From assembly GCA_017958565.1 (NCBI GenBank), contig JAGDCJ010000039.1, positions 1-50,168 of the forward strand: a stretch of 50,168 nucleotides of DNA, read 5' to 3'. The notes under the pieces were generated by a model. That model searched no databases. It had not been told where the DNA came from and worked only from the letters and a program-made list of their open reading frames with translations. This DNA is from Opitutales bacterium. Lineage in GTDB: Bacteria; Verrucomicrobiota; Verrucomicrobiia; Opitutales; UBA9783. Of the stretch, positions 36,745 to 46,142 are shown in pieces (within the stretch, counting starts at the first letter, position 1; each line of letters begins with the position of its first letter). Both the position numbers and the translations under genes were made by a program.

Positions 36745-38055
36745 CTACAACAATTTCCATTTTTCCAATTTCCGATAAAAAGTACGACGCGGCATTCCCA
36801 GCAACCGAGCGGCTTCGGTTTTCTTGCCTTTTGCTTGTAACAACGCTTTTTGCAAATCTTCCTTTTCGGAAGCATTTGGTTCCGAAAGCCTTGTGGTAAC
36901 CGGCGATAAAAATTTTGGATCCAAATCTTCTAACCGTATAGCGCGCGCTCGATGCAACACCACCATATTTTCTGCAAAATTCCGCAATTCGCGAACATTT
37001 CCTGGCCAAATATACCGCTGAAGTGCCAACAAAACCTCATCTGTAAGCTCTGGCGTCACCACATGATTTTCTTCTGAAAAAATTTGCAAATAATGACGCA
37101 ACAAAAGCCCGATATCTTCGATACGCTCGCGCAACGGCGGTACCACCAATTCAACCACATTGAGTCGATAATATAAATCTTCACGAAACCGACCAGCTTG
37201 TACTTCGGTTGGCAAATGACGATTCGTAGCACCGATCAATCGTACATCCAAAGGAATAGACTGCGTACTTCCAAGACGTTCGATGGATTTTGTTTCTAAA
37301 AATCGCAACAATTTTACTTGAACCGAACGATCGATTTCACCAATTTCATCTAAAAAGAGCGTACCTTTATGCGCCGTTTCAAACCAGCCGATGTGACGTT
37401 GCAATGCACCCGTAAACGCACCTCTCTCATGCCCAAACAATTCCGATTCCAACAAATGAGCGGGAAAGGCTGCACAATGCACCGGAACCCATTTTTCCTT
37501 GGAACGCAAGCTCAACGCGTGTAATTGATGGGCGACTAATTCTTTCCCGGTCCCCGTTTCTCCGGTAATCAACACCGTGGTTTTCGCTGGCGCCACTCGG
37601 GAAATTTGCTGCATAAGTTTTTGAAAGGCTAGCGATTTCCCTAACAGTGGTAGCTCGGATGAAAGGTTCCGATGGTCCAAAACCTGCTTACGATCTGCCA
37701 TCGCACGCGCCACCATACACTCTAACTTTTCCAGCGCGATGGGTTTGCTAATAAAATCATAAGCCCCATGCTTCATCGCTTCCACCGCGATTTCAATCGT
37801 TCCATAAGCGGTCATCAAAATGCAAATCGGTCGGTTTGGAAGCTGCAGCGCTTGATCGATCACCGATAATCCGCTTTGAGAACCCATTCGCAAATCGGTC
37901 AAAATCACATCAAAAATTTCGGTACGCATCAACCGAAAGGCTTCCTCCGGCTGAGAAGCAGTAAACACTTCAAATTTTTCTGCAAACACTTGCGCAAGGC
38001 CTTCCCTCGTGTGCTTTTCATCATCGACAATCAACAACAATGGCTTCGGTTTCAT
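36745..38055 (-). CDS. sigma-54-dependent response regulator (NtrC/AtoC family)
   Basis: Receiver domain (LLIVDDE..., DVILTDLRMG), AAA+ domain (GETGTGKE, the GAFTGA motif in ERGAFTGA, LFLDEIGE) and a Fis-type HTH (AARLLGMPRRTFYRKLEK). ATG 38055 overlaps the plsC TGA (TGATG). The ORF-track start 38058 is a GTG. Confidence 0.9.
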   Translation of the reverse strand: MKPKPLLLIVDDEKHTREGLAQVFAEKFEVFTASQPEEAFRLMRTEIFDVILTDLRMGSQSGLSVIDQALQLPNRPICILMTAYGTIEIAVEAMKHGAYDFISKPIALEKLECMVARAMADRKQVLDHRNLSSELPLLGKSLAFQKLMQQISRVAPAKTTVLITGETGTGKELVAHQLHALSLRSKEKWVPVHCAAFPAHLLESELFGHERGAFTGALQRHIGWFETAHKGTLFLDEIGEIDRSVQVKLLRFLETKSIERLGSTQSIPLDVRLIGATNRHLPTEVQAGRFREDLYYRLNVVELVVPPLRERIEDIGLLLRHYLQIFSEENHVVTPELTDEVLLALQRYIWPGNVRELRNFAENMVVLHRARAIRLEDLDPKFLSPVTTRLSEPNASEKEDLQKALLQAKGKKTEAARLLGMPRRTFYRKLEKWKLL

Positions 38056-38711
38056 CACTTTCCCTTCCTTTCTTCGTCAATCGGTCGATGAAGATTAGCA
38101 ATGGCTTGCATCACCCGATCGCTGGCAGCCTGGTAGGGATCGGGATCGTTTTGACAAGATGCAAAATCATCTGGTAAAAGCGGTTTCCCAAAAACCACCG
38201 AAATTTGTGGGCGAAAACTCGGGAAGCGTTTTCCTTTTGGCCAGGCTTCAAAGGTTCCAAACACGCGCACCGGTACGACCGGTACGCGGCCTTTTAGCAA
38301 AAACCATCCCACTCCTTTTTTCCCTCGTTGCAAAACCCCATTGGGAGAGCGCGTACCCTCCGGAAACATTTGGACCACCTGATGGTTTTGGAGCAATTGA
38401 AGAACCTGCCGAAAAGCGTGCAAATCGCTTCCTTTATCGCGATCCACCTCAAGCATATAAAGCCGTCGAAACCACCAACCCATTCCATGCTGAAATAAGG
38501 TTTGTCGCGCAAACGAGTACACCGGTTGACGAGAGCAATGCACCGCAATCAATGGCGGATCCAAATAACTAACATGGTTACCCGCTAAAATCACCCCACC
38601 GGTCGATGGCACATGCTCCAACCCATAAACTTTCCGTCGATAACCCCATCGAAAAACCATGCGAAAAAACGCAACACTCATTTGATAAGGCCAAGAAAGT
38701 CTTGTGCTCAT
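38055..38711 (-). CDS. plsC: 1-acyl-sn-glycerol-3-phosphate acyltransferase
   Basis: Contains the acyltransferase HX4D motif (AGNHVSYLDPP) and FPEGTRS. Confidence 0.85.
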   Translation of the reverse strand: MSTRLSWPYQMSVAFFRMVFRWGYRRKVYGLEHVPSTGGVILAGNHVSYLDPPLIAVHCSRQPVYSFARQTLFQHGMGWWFRRLYMLEVDRDKGSDLHAFRQVLQLLQNHQVVQMFPEGTRSPNGVLQRGKKGVGWFLLKGRVPVVPVRVFGTFEAWPKGKRFPSFRPQISVVFGKPLLPDDFASCQNDPDPYQAASDRVMQAIANLHRPIDEERKGK

Positions 38712-38753
38712 AGGGAAAAGCGTATAAAATTTCCGAAAAAAGGAAAAGGTTAA

Positions 38754-39221
38754 ATGTCGGACGATACAAAATCATTAGAAACGTTGAAACAATGGATTCA
38801 AGCTCTTCCGCAACGTCCTTCTTGGAATTTGTATTTTATGTCGATTGCCTGGCTTCTTTCCACGCGCTCTACCTGTGAACGATTGCATGTCGGTTGCGTG
38901 TTGGTCTCGAAAGAAAACCACCGCATCATTGCCACAGGTTATAATGGTTTTTTAGCCGGGATGCCGCATCAATCCGTTGTTCGCGATCAACATGAACAAT
39001 TGACGGTACATGCCGAACAAAACGCTATTACGGATGCTGCACGCCGTGGTGTTTCTACACAAAAAGCAACCGTATACGTTACCCATTTCCCTTGCATCCA
39101 TTGCGCAAAAGCGTTACTTGCGCTCGGAATTGAACGCTGTTATTTTAATGAGGATTACCACAATGATGATCTCGTGACGCGGTTGTTTTCCGAATCTTCA
39201 GTCCCTTTCAAACGTTTATAA
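38754..39221 (+). CDS. deoxycytidylate (dCMP) deaminase
   Basis: Zinc motifs HAEQNAI and PCIHCAK are present. The 155-aa size and N-terminal region are typical of ComEB/dCMP deaminases. Confidence 0.85.
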   Translation: MSDDTKSLETLKQWIQALPQRPSWNLYFMSIAWLLSTRSTCERLHVGCVLVSKENHRIIATGYNGFLAGMPHQSVVRDQHEQLTVHAEQNAITDAARRGVSTQKATVYVTHFPCIHCAKALLALGIERCYFNEDYHNDDLVTRLFSESSVPFKRL

Positions 39222-39222
39222 A

Positions 39223-39768
39223 ATGGAAAAAATTCCTCTTCCGCCAGTTGGCATGATTCTACTCGCACAGGTACCTTCCGGAAACCCATTCGCACAAAAA
39301 GTGGTTGTCATTATTCGCAGTCAACCATCGGGAATTATGGGGTTGTGCATCAATCAGCCGCTACGATTGATGGTAAGCGATTTTGAAGAACCTTCCAATA
39401 ATCAAATCCTGGATACCATCCCCGTTTATTGCGGAGGCCCTTGTCAGCCGGAAAAATTGACCATTACAGGTTTAGAATATCAATCACCTCACCATATGCA
39501 ATGGCACTTCGATTTGAATCCAAACGCGTTATCCCAATGTGCGGAACAGCATCCTCATATGAAATTTAAAGCGTTTTGTGGATACGTCGGTTGGGATTTT
39601 TCACAATTTGCATCTGAAATGGAACAAAAACAATGGCTGCCGATTCCCTTTCCGTTGCCATCGATTTTTTTGGGGACCAACACGCGTTTATGGGAAACTT
39701 TGATGTTACAATTTTACCCTTTTGCAATGAAAGCCCCTTATCTACCCAAAAACCCGCATTGGAATTAA
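39223..39768 (+). CDS. YqgE/AlgH-family protein (UPF0301)
   Basis: 181 aa. The pattern ...FAQKVVVIIRSQPSGIMGLCINQPL...VYCGGP... matches the AlgH family. It starts 2 nt after the deaminase stop. Confidence 0.75.
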   Translation: MEKIPLPPVGMILLAQVPSGNPFAQKVVVIIRSQPSGIMGLCINQPLRLMVSDFEEPSNNQILDTIPVYCGGPCQPEKLTITGLEYQSPHHMQWHFDLNPNALSQCAEQHPHMKFKAFCGYVGWDFSQFASEMEQKQWLPIPFPLPSIFLGTNTRLWETLMLQFYPFAMKAPYLPKNPHWN

Positions 39769-39780
39769 CCCAATACGCAC

Positions 39781-41145
39781 ATGATGTCTTTTCATCATCT
39801 TGAGAACCACCACCTGTCTAATAAAACGGTCGAAGAGGAGTTTCCAAAGCCGTGGCGAGTTTCTAGCCGAAAAGCGCTGTTTCCTTGTGTCATTTTTGTT
39901 GCTTTTTATTTTGGTTTTGCCTTTGCAACAAAGGATTTTTACAAGGTACCGATGACCATTGCGTTTCTCCTATCTTCCGCAACCGCTTTATGCCTAAACC
40001 GTCAAGAAAGCTTACATCGGAAAATGGAATTGTTCGCACTGGGCATGGGTCACCGAGATATTATGATCATGTGCCTGGTGTTTATTTGTGCCGGAGCATT
40101 TACCGCAACCGCAAAAGCAATCGGCGGTGTGGAAGCCGCCGTTGCGCTGGCGCAGCAGTGGATCCCCTCTTCTTTCATGCTTTCTGGATTTTTTATGATT
40201 GCTTGCTTCATTTCGCTTGCTATCGGGACTTCCTGCGGAACCATCGCCGCCATGGTTCCCATTGCGGTCTCCTTGTCCCAAAACATGGGATTTTCATCGT
40301 CGTTGTTCATCGGAGCCGTCGTGGGTGGGTCGATGTTTGGCGATAACTTATCGCTGATTTCCGACACCACTATTGCCGCTACACGCACGCAAGGAGTAAA
40401 AATGCGCGACAAAATGCTTTATAATTTGAAAATTGTACTCTTGCCCGCACTTGTTTGCGTTTTTGTATACGCTTTACCGATCTTTTCCCATACCGCCCAC
40501 GCACCGATCGAGTCATCGTTATCAGCCGAAATTTTTGTAAAAACTTCTACCTATTTTTTACTCCTATTTTTGGGAATATTTGGCATCAATGTCTTGTTCC
40601 TATTATTTCTCGGAACCATTCTCAACACCCTGATTGGGCTCTATTATGGAGCCTTTTCTCTCTTAGACGCCTTTTCGATCATCGGAAAAGGAACCGAGGA
40701 AATGACCACCACCATCTTGGTTTCTTTGTTAGCCGGCGGATTGCTCGTTTTAATCCGTTACAACGGTGGCATCGCCTACATCTTGCAAATTACTCACCGA
40801 TGGATTCGAAACCGCCGCACATGTGAACTAGGGATCTGTTTTTTAACGGGTGTCATGAATTTGTTAACCGCCAATAACACCATTGCCATTATTACTTCCG
40901 GGGCTCTAGCGAAAGAATTGGGACATCATTATGGCGTCAATCCAAAGCGAACCGCTAGTTTACTCGACACCAGCTCTTGCATCGTGCAAGGCATGATTCC
41001 TTATGGCGCACAAATCCTCATTGCAACCAGTTTGTCGGAATCGATTCATCTTAGCGCTTTTGATATTTTACAAGGTTGTTTTTATCCACCGATCATGGCT
41101 TTAGGAGTTTTGGGGTCGATTTGGTTCACCAACCGCAGACGGTAA
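39781..41145 (+). CDS. Na+/H+ antiporter, NhaC family
   Basis: 454-aa polytopic membrane protein. The NhaC-like region GGSMFGDNLSLISDTTIAA and overall topology fit the family. Confidence 0.75.
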   Translation: MMSFHHLENHHLSNKTVEEEFPKPWRVSSRKALFPCVIFVAFYFGFAFATKDFYKVPMTIAFLLSSATALCLNRQESLHRKMELFALGMGHRDIMIMCLVFICAGAFTATAKAIGGVEAAVALAQQWIPSSFMLSGFFMIACFISLAIGTSCGTIAAMVPIAVSLSQNMGFSSSLFIGAVVGGSMFGDNLSLISDTTIAATRTQGVKMRDKMLYNLKIVLLPALVCVFVYALPIFSHTAHAPIESSLSAEIFVKTSTYFLLLFLGIFGINVLFLLFLGTILNTLIGLYYGAFSLLDAFSIIGKGTEEMTTTILVSLLAGGLLVLIRYNGGIAYILQITHRWIRNRRTCELGICFLTGVMNLLTANNTIAIITSGALAKELGHHYGVNPKRTASLLDTSSCIVQGMIPYGAQILIATSLSESIHLSAFDILQGCFYPPIMALGVLGSIWFTNRRR

Positions 41146-41276
41146 CGTTTCCGCCATTCCAAAATCTTTTTGTTCAAAAAACCAATCGCCGTTTTTTCAT
41201 TACCTCCTCGATGGAATCAGGTTGACATTTGGGTCTAAAAATGGCTTTCTAAAAATTGACAAAAGGGAGAATTTTT

Positions 41277-41453
41277 ATGGGACAACCGAAAAGAAAACAG
41301 TCGAAAAGACGCAGTCGCTTACGCCGTGGCGCGCATGTCAAATCCTTACCTACTTTTGCAAAAACAGCGGATGGAACATTACGCCTTCTACATCGTGTCG
41401 ATCCAGTAACCGGAATGTATCGCGATCGGCAGGTATTAGAGATCAAGCTATAA
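41277..41453 (+). CDS. rpmF: 50S ribosomal protein L32
   Basis: ATG 41277 is preceded by AGGGAGA (41264-41270). The product MGQPKRKQSKRRSRLRRG... is the L32 N-terminal signature, and the gene lies upstream of plsX-fabH as in many bacteria. Confidence 0.9.
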   Translation: MGQPKRKQSKRRSRLRRGAHVKSLPTFAKTADGTLRLLHRVDPVTGMYRDRQVLEIKL

Positions 41454-41460
41454 TTCGCTC

Positions 41461-42537
41461 ATGTCTTTTGGGCCCCAACAGCCATCGTTGCAAAAATTTT
41501 GCATTGGTATTGATGCGATGGGCTCGGATTATGGACCCGAAGAGGTGGTGGCCGGCATTCATCGTGCGTTGCAAGCCGTTGCTCCTCGTATACAAAAAAT
41601 CACGCTGCTAGGTGATGAAACCATCGTACGACCTTTGGTGGATCGTTATGGTCTTTCAACATCACCATTGATCGGTCTACAACACACTTCCGAAGTCATC
41701 CACATGGATGAAAATCCGCTACAAGCTTTAAAGCATAAAAAAGAAGCTTCGATGTTCCAAGGTATAGAAGGAATACAAGACGGACGATGGAATGCTTTTT
41801 TAAGTTGTGGAAATACTGGCGCTTTAATGGCAAGTAGTACCTTAAAACTGCGAACCATTGAAGGAATCAATCGCCCTTCCCTAGCCAGTATCATTCCTAC
41901 CAAAACGAACCGTTTTATTTTAATTGATGTCGGAGCCAATCCAACGCATGAGGCAAAGGTTTTAGTTCATAACGCGATTTTAGGCTCCCATTTTGCCCAA
42001 GCAGTTTTGCAACTCCCGCATCCACGGATTGGCCTGCTTACAATTGGGACGGAAGAAGGGAAAGGGGATATGCCGATCCAAACAGCACATACGATCTTGA
42101 AACAGTGCAAAAACCTTTCTTACACCGGATTAATCGAAGGATTTGACGTATTTCAAGGGACAGTTGACGTGGTTGTATGCGATGGCTTTGTAGGAAATAT
42201 CATTCTGAAAACCTGCGAATCGCTCTTTTTACAGATTCAATCTTTTTTGAAAGAAAAAATACAGGAAACCTGTATCCGCAAATTGGGAGCCTTTTTTTGT
42301 CAAGGTGCTTTCCAGGAGATGAAAAAACAGTTAGCGCCTGAAAAATTCAGCGGCGCACCTTTACTGGGCCTGAACGGTTGGGTCTTTAAAGCACACGGTT
42401 CCAGTAAAGCTGCGGCCATTGCAGGTGCGATTCAAATGATGCTTGCTTGCATTGAAGTGTATCCTATACAAACCGTCAAAACAGACATCCACCAAGCCAA
42501 TGCGTTATTTGAAAAACTTTCCTCTTCATCGGAATAA
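41461..42537 (+). CDS. plsX: phosphate acyltransferase PlsX
   Basis: IGIDAMGSDYGPEEVV, SCGNTGALMA, VVCDGFVGNI and PLLGLNGWVFKAHGSS are present. Confidence 0.92.
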   Translation: MSFGPQQPSLQKFCIGIDAMGSDYGPEEVVAGIHRALQAVAPRIQKITLLGDETIVRPLVDRYGLSTSPLIGLQHTSEVIHMDENPLQALKHKKEASMFQGIEGIQDGRWNAFLSCGNTGALMASSTLKLRTIEGINRPSLASIIPTKTNRFILIDVGANPTHEAKVLVHNAILGSHFAQAVLQLPHPRIGLLTIGTEEGKGDMPIQTAHTILKQCKNLSYTGLIEGFDVFQGTVDVVVCDGFVGNIILKTCESLFLQIQSFLKEKIQETCIRKLGAFFCQGAFQEMKKQLAPEKFSGAPLLGLNGWVFKAHGSSKAAAIAGAIQMMLACIEVYPIQTVKTDIHQANALFEKLSSSSE

Positions 42538-42568
42538 AAACGTTGCTGGACGTTTTTTCAAAAAAACC

Positions 42569-43594
42569 ATGAACCAAAAGCAGAAAGCTTCTCTTTCAAA
42601 GACAAACGGTATAAATCCTTCACGGGTCTATATTGAAGGCGTGGGTTCCTATTTACCGGAACGGGTTGTCACCAACGATGACTTGGCGAAAATCGTCGAT
42701 ACGTCCGATGAATGGATCCGTACCCGCACCGGCATTCGTCAACGGCACCTTGCCTCCGAGCAAGAAGCCTGCTCGGATTTAGCTTATCAAGCAGCACAAC
42801 AAGCCCTTCAAGATGCCCAATTGCAACCGACGGACATTGATTTTTTGATCGTTGCAACCATTACGCCGGATATGCCGACTCCTTCCGCTGCAGCATTGGT
42901 ACAAAATAAATTGGGATTGCGACCCATTGCCGCATTGGACATCAACGCAGCTTGTGCAGGATTTCTATATGCATTGGAGATTGCACGCCATTTTTTACAA
43001 AACGAGCACTATCATCATGGTCTCGTGATCGGAAGTGAAAAATTATCTTCCATCACAAATTGGAAGGACCGCAGTACCTGCGTGTTGTTTGGGGATGGAG
43101 CGGGTACCGTTGTCGTTGGAAAAGATTCTGGTTTGACAATTTTGGATAACATAGTAGGCGCAGATGGTTCTGCTGCTTCTTTGATATGCGTCCCGGCAGG
43201 CGGCTCCTTACAACCCGCTTCGCTTCAAACGGTAGAAGCACACCTGCATTCGATTACGATGAACGGCGGTGAGTTATTTAAAGCTGCGGTTCGTCACATG
43301 ACAGAAGCGGTTACGACCATCTTACAAAGAAACTCCCTTACCACCGCCGACATCCGCTATCTGATTCCACACCAAGCCAACATGCGCATTGTACAAGCTC
43401 TATCGCAACAATTATCGTTCCCCATGGAACAAATGATTTGCAATATTGACCAAACCGGCAATACCTCTTCCGCTTCTATTCCGATTGTGTTGGCACAAGC
43501 TAAAGCCGCAAGACGATTCCAACCAGGCGATCGCATCTTGTTGGTTGCTTTCGGAGGAGGACTCACTTGGGGAGCAACTTTGTTGCAGCAGTAA
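42569..43594 (+). CDS. fabH: 3-oxoacyl-ACP synthase III
   Basis: ATG 42569 starts the gene. Contains SDEWIRTRTGIRQRH, the active-site Cys in INAACAGFLYAL, HQAN and GNTSSASIP. The longer ORF from 42443 overlaps plsX. Confidence 0.92.
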   Translation: MNQKQKASLSKTNGINPSRVYIEGVGSYLPERVVTNDDLAKIVDTSDEWIRTRTGIRQRHLASEQEACSDLAYQAAQQALQDAQLQPTDIDFLIVATITPDMPTPSAAALVQNKLGLRPIAALDINAACAGFLYALEIARHFLQNEHYHHGLVIGSEKLSSITNWKDRSTCVLFGDGAGTVVVGKDSGLTILDNIVGADGSAASLICVPAGGSLQPASLQTVEAHLHSITMNGGELFKAAVRHMTEAVTTILQRNSLTTADIRYLIPHQANMRIVQALSQQLSFPMEQMICNIDQTGNTSSASIPIVLAQAKAARRFQPGDRILLVAFGGGLTWGATLLQQ

Positions 43595-43680
43595 AAAACC
43601 CGAGAATCTGTATTTTCTTTCAGAAAAAAGCTTTGCAGATACCATTGACAAAAGCATCATTTACCCGCAGGATAAAGGAT

Positions 43681-44706
43681 ATGAAACGGTGGGTACCTTT
43701 TGGACTTTTGCTCTTGCTGGGTGGCTGTAAAGTCGTAAAAAACGATATTCCTCCTGAGCAAATTGCGATGCAAAGCCCGTTTCGTGAGCAACAAGCCGCT
43801 GAATTTTTTGAGCAAGGGAAAGCGTATGAAGAATCGGGCAATGCTTATGTTGCCGCTAAAAACTACCAAATTGTTTGCCGACAGTTTTTAGAAACCCAAG
43901 CAGCACCCAAAAGTTTTCATGCATGGAGCCGTATCCTCGCCTCTCAAAAAAAGTATGATTCGGCTTTCCAAAAACTGGCTTTTGTCCTAAAAAACTACCC
44001 CGATTATCCTTTGTACGATGTCGCTGTACAAGAAGGATTTACGATCGCTTGCTACTTAATGAAAAAATACGAACAGGCCAAACGGTCTTCAAAAATTTTA
44101 TCCTTTTTTAAAGATCCAAAGCAGGCGATTGAAGGGTTTCAGTACATCGTCTCTCATTCTCCTCGCTCTTCGTATGCTCCCCAAGCGTTACTGTATACAG
44201 CGGAATTACAGCAACTCGATCGAGAACCGGCCAAGGCAGTCGAAACCCTGGAACAATTGATCGATCGTTACCCCAAATCGGAATGGATTCCGAGTGCCTA
44301 TTTGTTGCAGTCAGAAATTTACTTATCGATGCTCAACAGCGCGGCAAACGATCAAGGAGTTACGCAACGCGCGGTCAGCAGTTGCGAGGAATTTTTGCTG
44401 CTGTTTGGCCAGCGAGAGGATCTCTCAAAAGAGATTGCAATCGCAAAAGCACGCCTACAAAAAGCGCAAAATTTGTACGCAAAAAGCCGACTGCTGTTTG
44501 GAGAATTCTTTTACTTGCGGCGTCATTACCCGGAAGGAGCATTACCGTTTTATCAAGAAGTTCGTTTATTCGCGCCGGAATCTTCTGCTGCCCAATTAGC
44601 CAATCGTCGTATTGAAAGCATTAACAACGGTACGCGAATTCCTACCAATTGGGCCGATCATTTGTGGGGTCCTGTCATCTATAAACCGATGGAAATTTCG
44701 GAATAA
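43681..44706 (+). CDS. TPR-repeat outer-membrane lipoprotein (BamD/YfiO- or CpoB-like)
   Basis: ATG 43681 is preceded by AAAGGA. The signal and lipobox read MKRWVPFGLLLLLGGC. TPR-like helical repeats run throughout, and the tolQ-like gene starts 1 nt after the stop. Confidence 0.65.
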   Translation: MKRWVPFGLLLLLGGCKVVKNDIPPEQIAMQSPFREQQAAEFFEQGKAYEESGNAYVAAKNYQIVCRQFLETQAAPKSFHAWSRILASQKKYDSAFQKLAFVLKNYPDYPLYDVAVQEGFTIACYLMKKYEQAKRSSKILSFFKDPKQAIEGFQYIVSHSPRSSYAPQALLYTAELQQLDREPAKAVETLEQLIDRYPKSEWIPSAYLLQSEIYLSMLNSAANDQGVTQRAVSSCEEFLLLFGQREDLSKEIAIAKARLQKAQNLYAKSRLLFGEFFYLRRHYPEGALPFYQEVRLFAPESSAAQLANRRIESINNGTRIPTNWADHLWGPVIYKPMEISE

Positions 44707-45339
44707 ATGAATGGCGATACAACCATCGGTTTTTTCCTGTATCCGTTAGGATTTTTGGGGCTTTTAGGGCTGTTATTTTTTACCGAGCGGTTCATTTTTC
44801 TACATAAAGGACGAATCCAACCGAAGTCGTTCGTGCAAGGCATTGAGACCTTATTGCAAAATTCTCGTTTCGAAGAAGCGTTATCAATTTGTGAGCAAAC
44901 GCCTGGAGCCGTAGCTCGATTAACCAAAATTGCTCTCTTGCATCGTCAAGAACCCAATGCTCTCTTGCGAAATATTTTGCAACAAAACGCTCTCCTGGAG
45001 TTACCGGTCTTGCGAAAACGGATGGAATCGTTACGGCTGATTGGGCAAATCGCACCATTGGTGGGGTTAATCGGTTCGGTTTTTTACCTTTTGCAAGGAT
45101 TTTTCTCGTTATCGAAAGAATCAGCGTACACCTACTTGATGAGTTTCGCGCCGTTATTGGTCTCTGCGCTCTCCGTTACACTCATTGGATTGCTGGAATT
45201 GTTCGTTTTTACGCTTGCGTACCATTTTTTAAACGGTCGCATACGATCTTTCGTGTTCGATTTAGAATGGACCGCTAGTGAATGGCTGGTCTTTTTTCAA
45301 CAACATTCCTTCGAGTGCAACGAAACCGTACCGAAATGA
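44707..45339 (+). CDS. MotA/TolQ/ExbB proton-channel family protein
   Basis: 210 aa with three TM segments. The conserved C-terminal region IAPLVGLIGSV...LVSALSVTLIGLL is typical of TolQ/ExbB. Confidence 0.8.
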   Translation: MNGDTTIGFFLYPLGFLGLLGLLFFTERFIFLHKGRIQPKSFVQGIETLLQNSRFEEALSICEQTPGAVARLTKIALLHRQEPNALLRNILQQNALLELPVLRKRMESLRLIGQIAPLVGLIGSVFYLLQGFFSLSKESAYTYLMSFAPLLVSALSVTLIGLLELFVFTLAYHFLNGRIRSFVFDLEWTASEWLVFFQQHSFECNETVPK

Positions 45340-45429
45340 ACCATTCCTGAAACGTTTTCAGAAAGCCAACCATCACCCTCTTTCCACAAATGAAATAAAT
45401 TTGTTCTTTTATTTAAAAAAACCGAAAAT

Positions 45430-45708
45430 ATGATCATGATACGTTTTCGTCCTTCTTGGTACCTCCTCCTAATGGTTCTTGTTCCTTCTCTTGCAAATGG
45501 TTGGTACTGCCGAGTTTGCCAAAAAGAACATACCGACATTTGCACCCAAATGCCTTGGCCAACGCCCTATAATCGTAAAAGCCCTAAAAAATACCTTCGA
45601 GAGTGGGAAAAGGACCAAGATCGACTTGAAATAGAAATGGAAAGAGAGAGCAAAAACAATCAACCATCGGCTACGTACTCCAAACGCAAAGAAATCAAAC
45701 GGCTATGA
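45430..45708 (+). CDS. small hypothetical membrane/secreted protein (92 aa)
   Basis: N-terminal hydrophobic segment WYLLLMVLVPSLA, a CRVCQ...C cysteine cluster, and a Lys/Glu-rich tail. The stop overlaps the next start (ATGA), suggesting co-translation. Confidence 0.5.
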   Translation: MIMIRFRPSWYLLLMVLVPSLANGWYCRVCQKEHTDICTQMPWPTPYNRKSPKKYLREWEKDQDRLEIEMERESKNNQPSATYSKRKEIKRL

Positions 45709-46142
45709 AGTTTGTCAATACCCTTGAACCGATCGGATTACGCGCACAGCTGGAATTATCAGAATGCTCTTCTGTTTCATTACAATGGGTACCCTACGTG
45801 AACTTGTGTGTACTTGCGGTCGGCATGTTCCTTTTAAGCTCAAAATGGCTTTGTCCACCTGGGATCCCTATCGAAACACCGCACTTTAACCTCTCTTGGT
45901 CTTATCAATACGCATTACCTGCAGAAGAGGTGCTGATGGTTGATGCACAAGCTCGCATTTTTTTCCGTCATCATCAATATGATTTTTCTCAACGAGATCA
46001 GGCTTTTTCTGCTCCTATACCTCGTTCGTTACTGTTACGCTTGGACAAACATTTGCCGTTTCAACAAGTACTAGACATTCTTTCGACCGCTAAAGGACAA
46101 GGGATTACTTCTCTTCAGGTAGCGGTTGAACCAGAAGAATGA
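45705..46142 (+). CDS. ExbD/TolR-family biopolymer transport protein (divergent)
   Basis: A single TM (VNLCVLAVGMFLLS) is followed by a periplasmic domain ending LLLRLDKHLPFQQVLDILSTAKGQGITSLQVAV. That pattern resembles ExbD/TolR, and the gene follows the tolQ-like gene. Confidence 0.65.
   Translation: MKFVNTLEPIGLRAQLELSECSSVSLQWVPYVNLCVLAVGMFLLSSKWLCPPGIPIETPHFNLSWSYQYALPAEEVLMVDAQARIFFRHHQYDFSQRDQAFSAPIPRSLLLRLDKHLPFQQVLDILSTAKGQGITSLQVAVEPEE

Noticed and set aside
36507-36899. 130-aa plus-strand ORF in the FKBP/regulator spacer.
   Set aside because: Its last ~155 nt run antisense through the conserved HTH-coding end of the sigma-54 regulator gene. It has no RBS and no recognisable motif. 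The region is treated as non-coding (see the sRNA finding).
39502-39517. TGGCAC-N5-TTTGA resembling a sigma-54 -24/-12 promoter.
   Set aside because: It lies inside the algH-family coding region, and the -12 element lacks the conserved GC.
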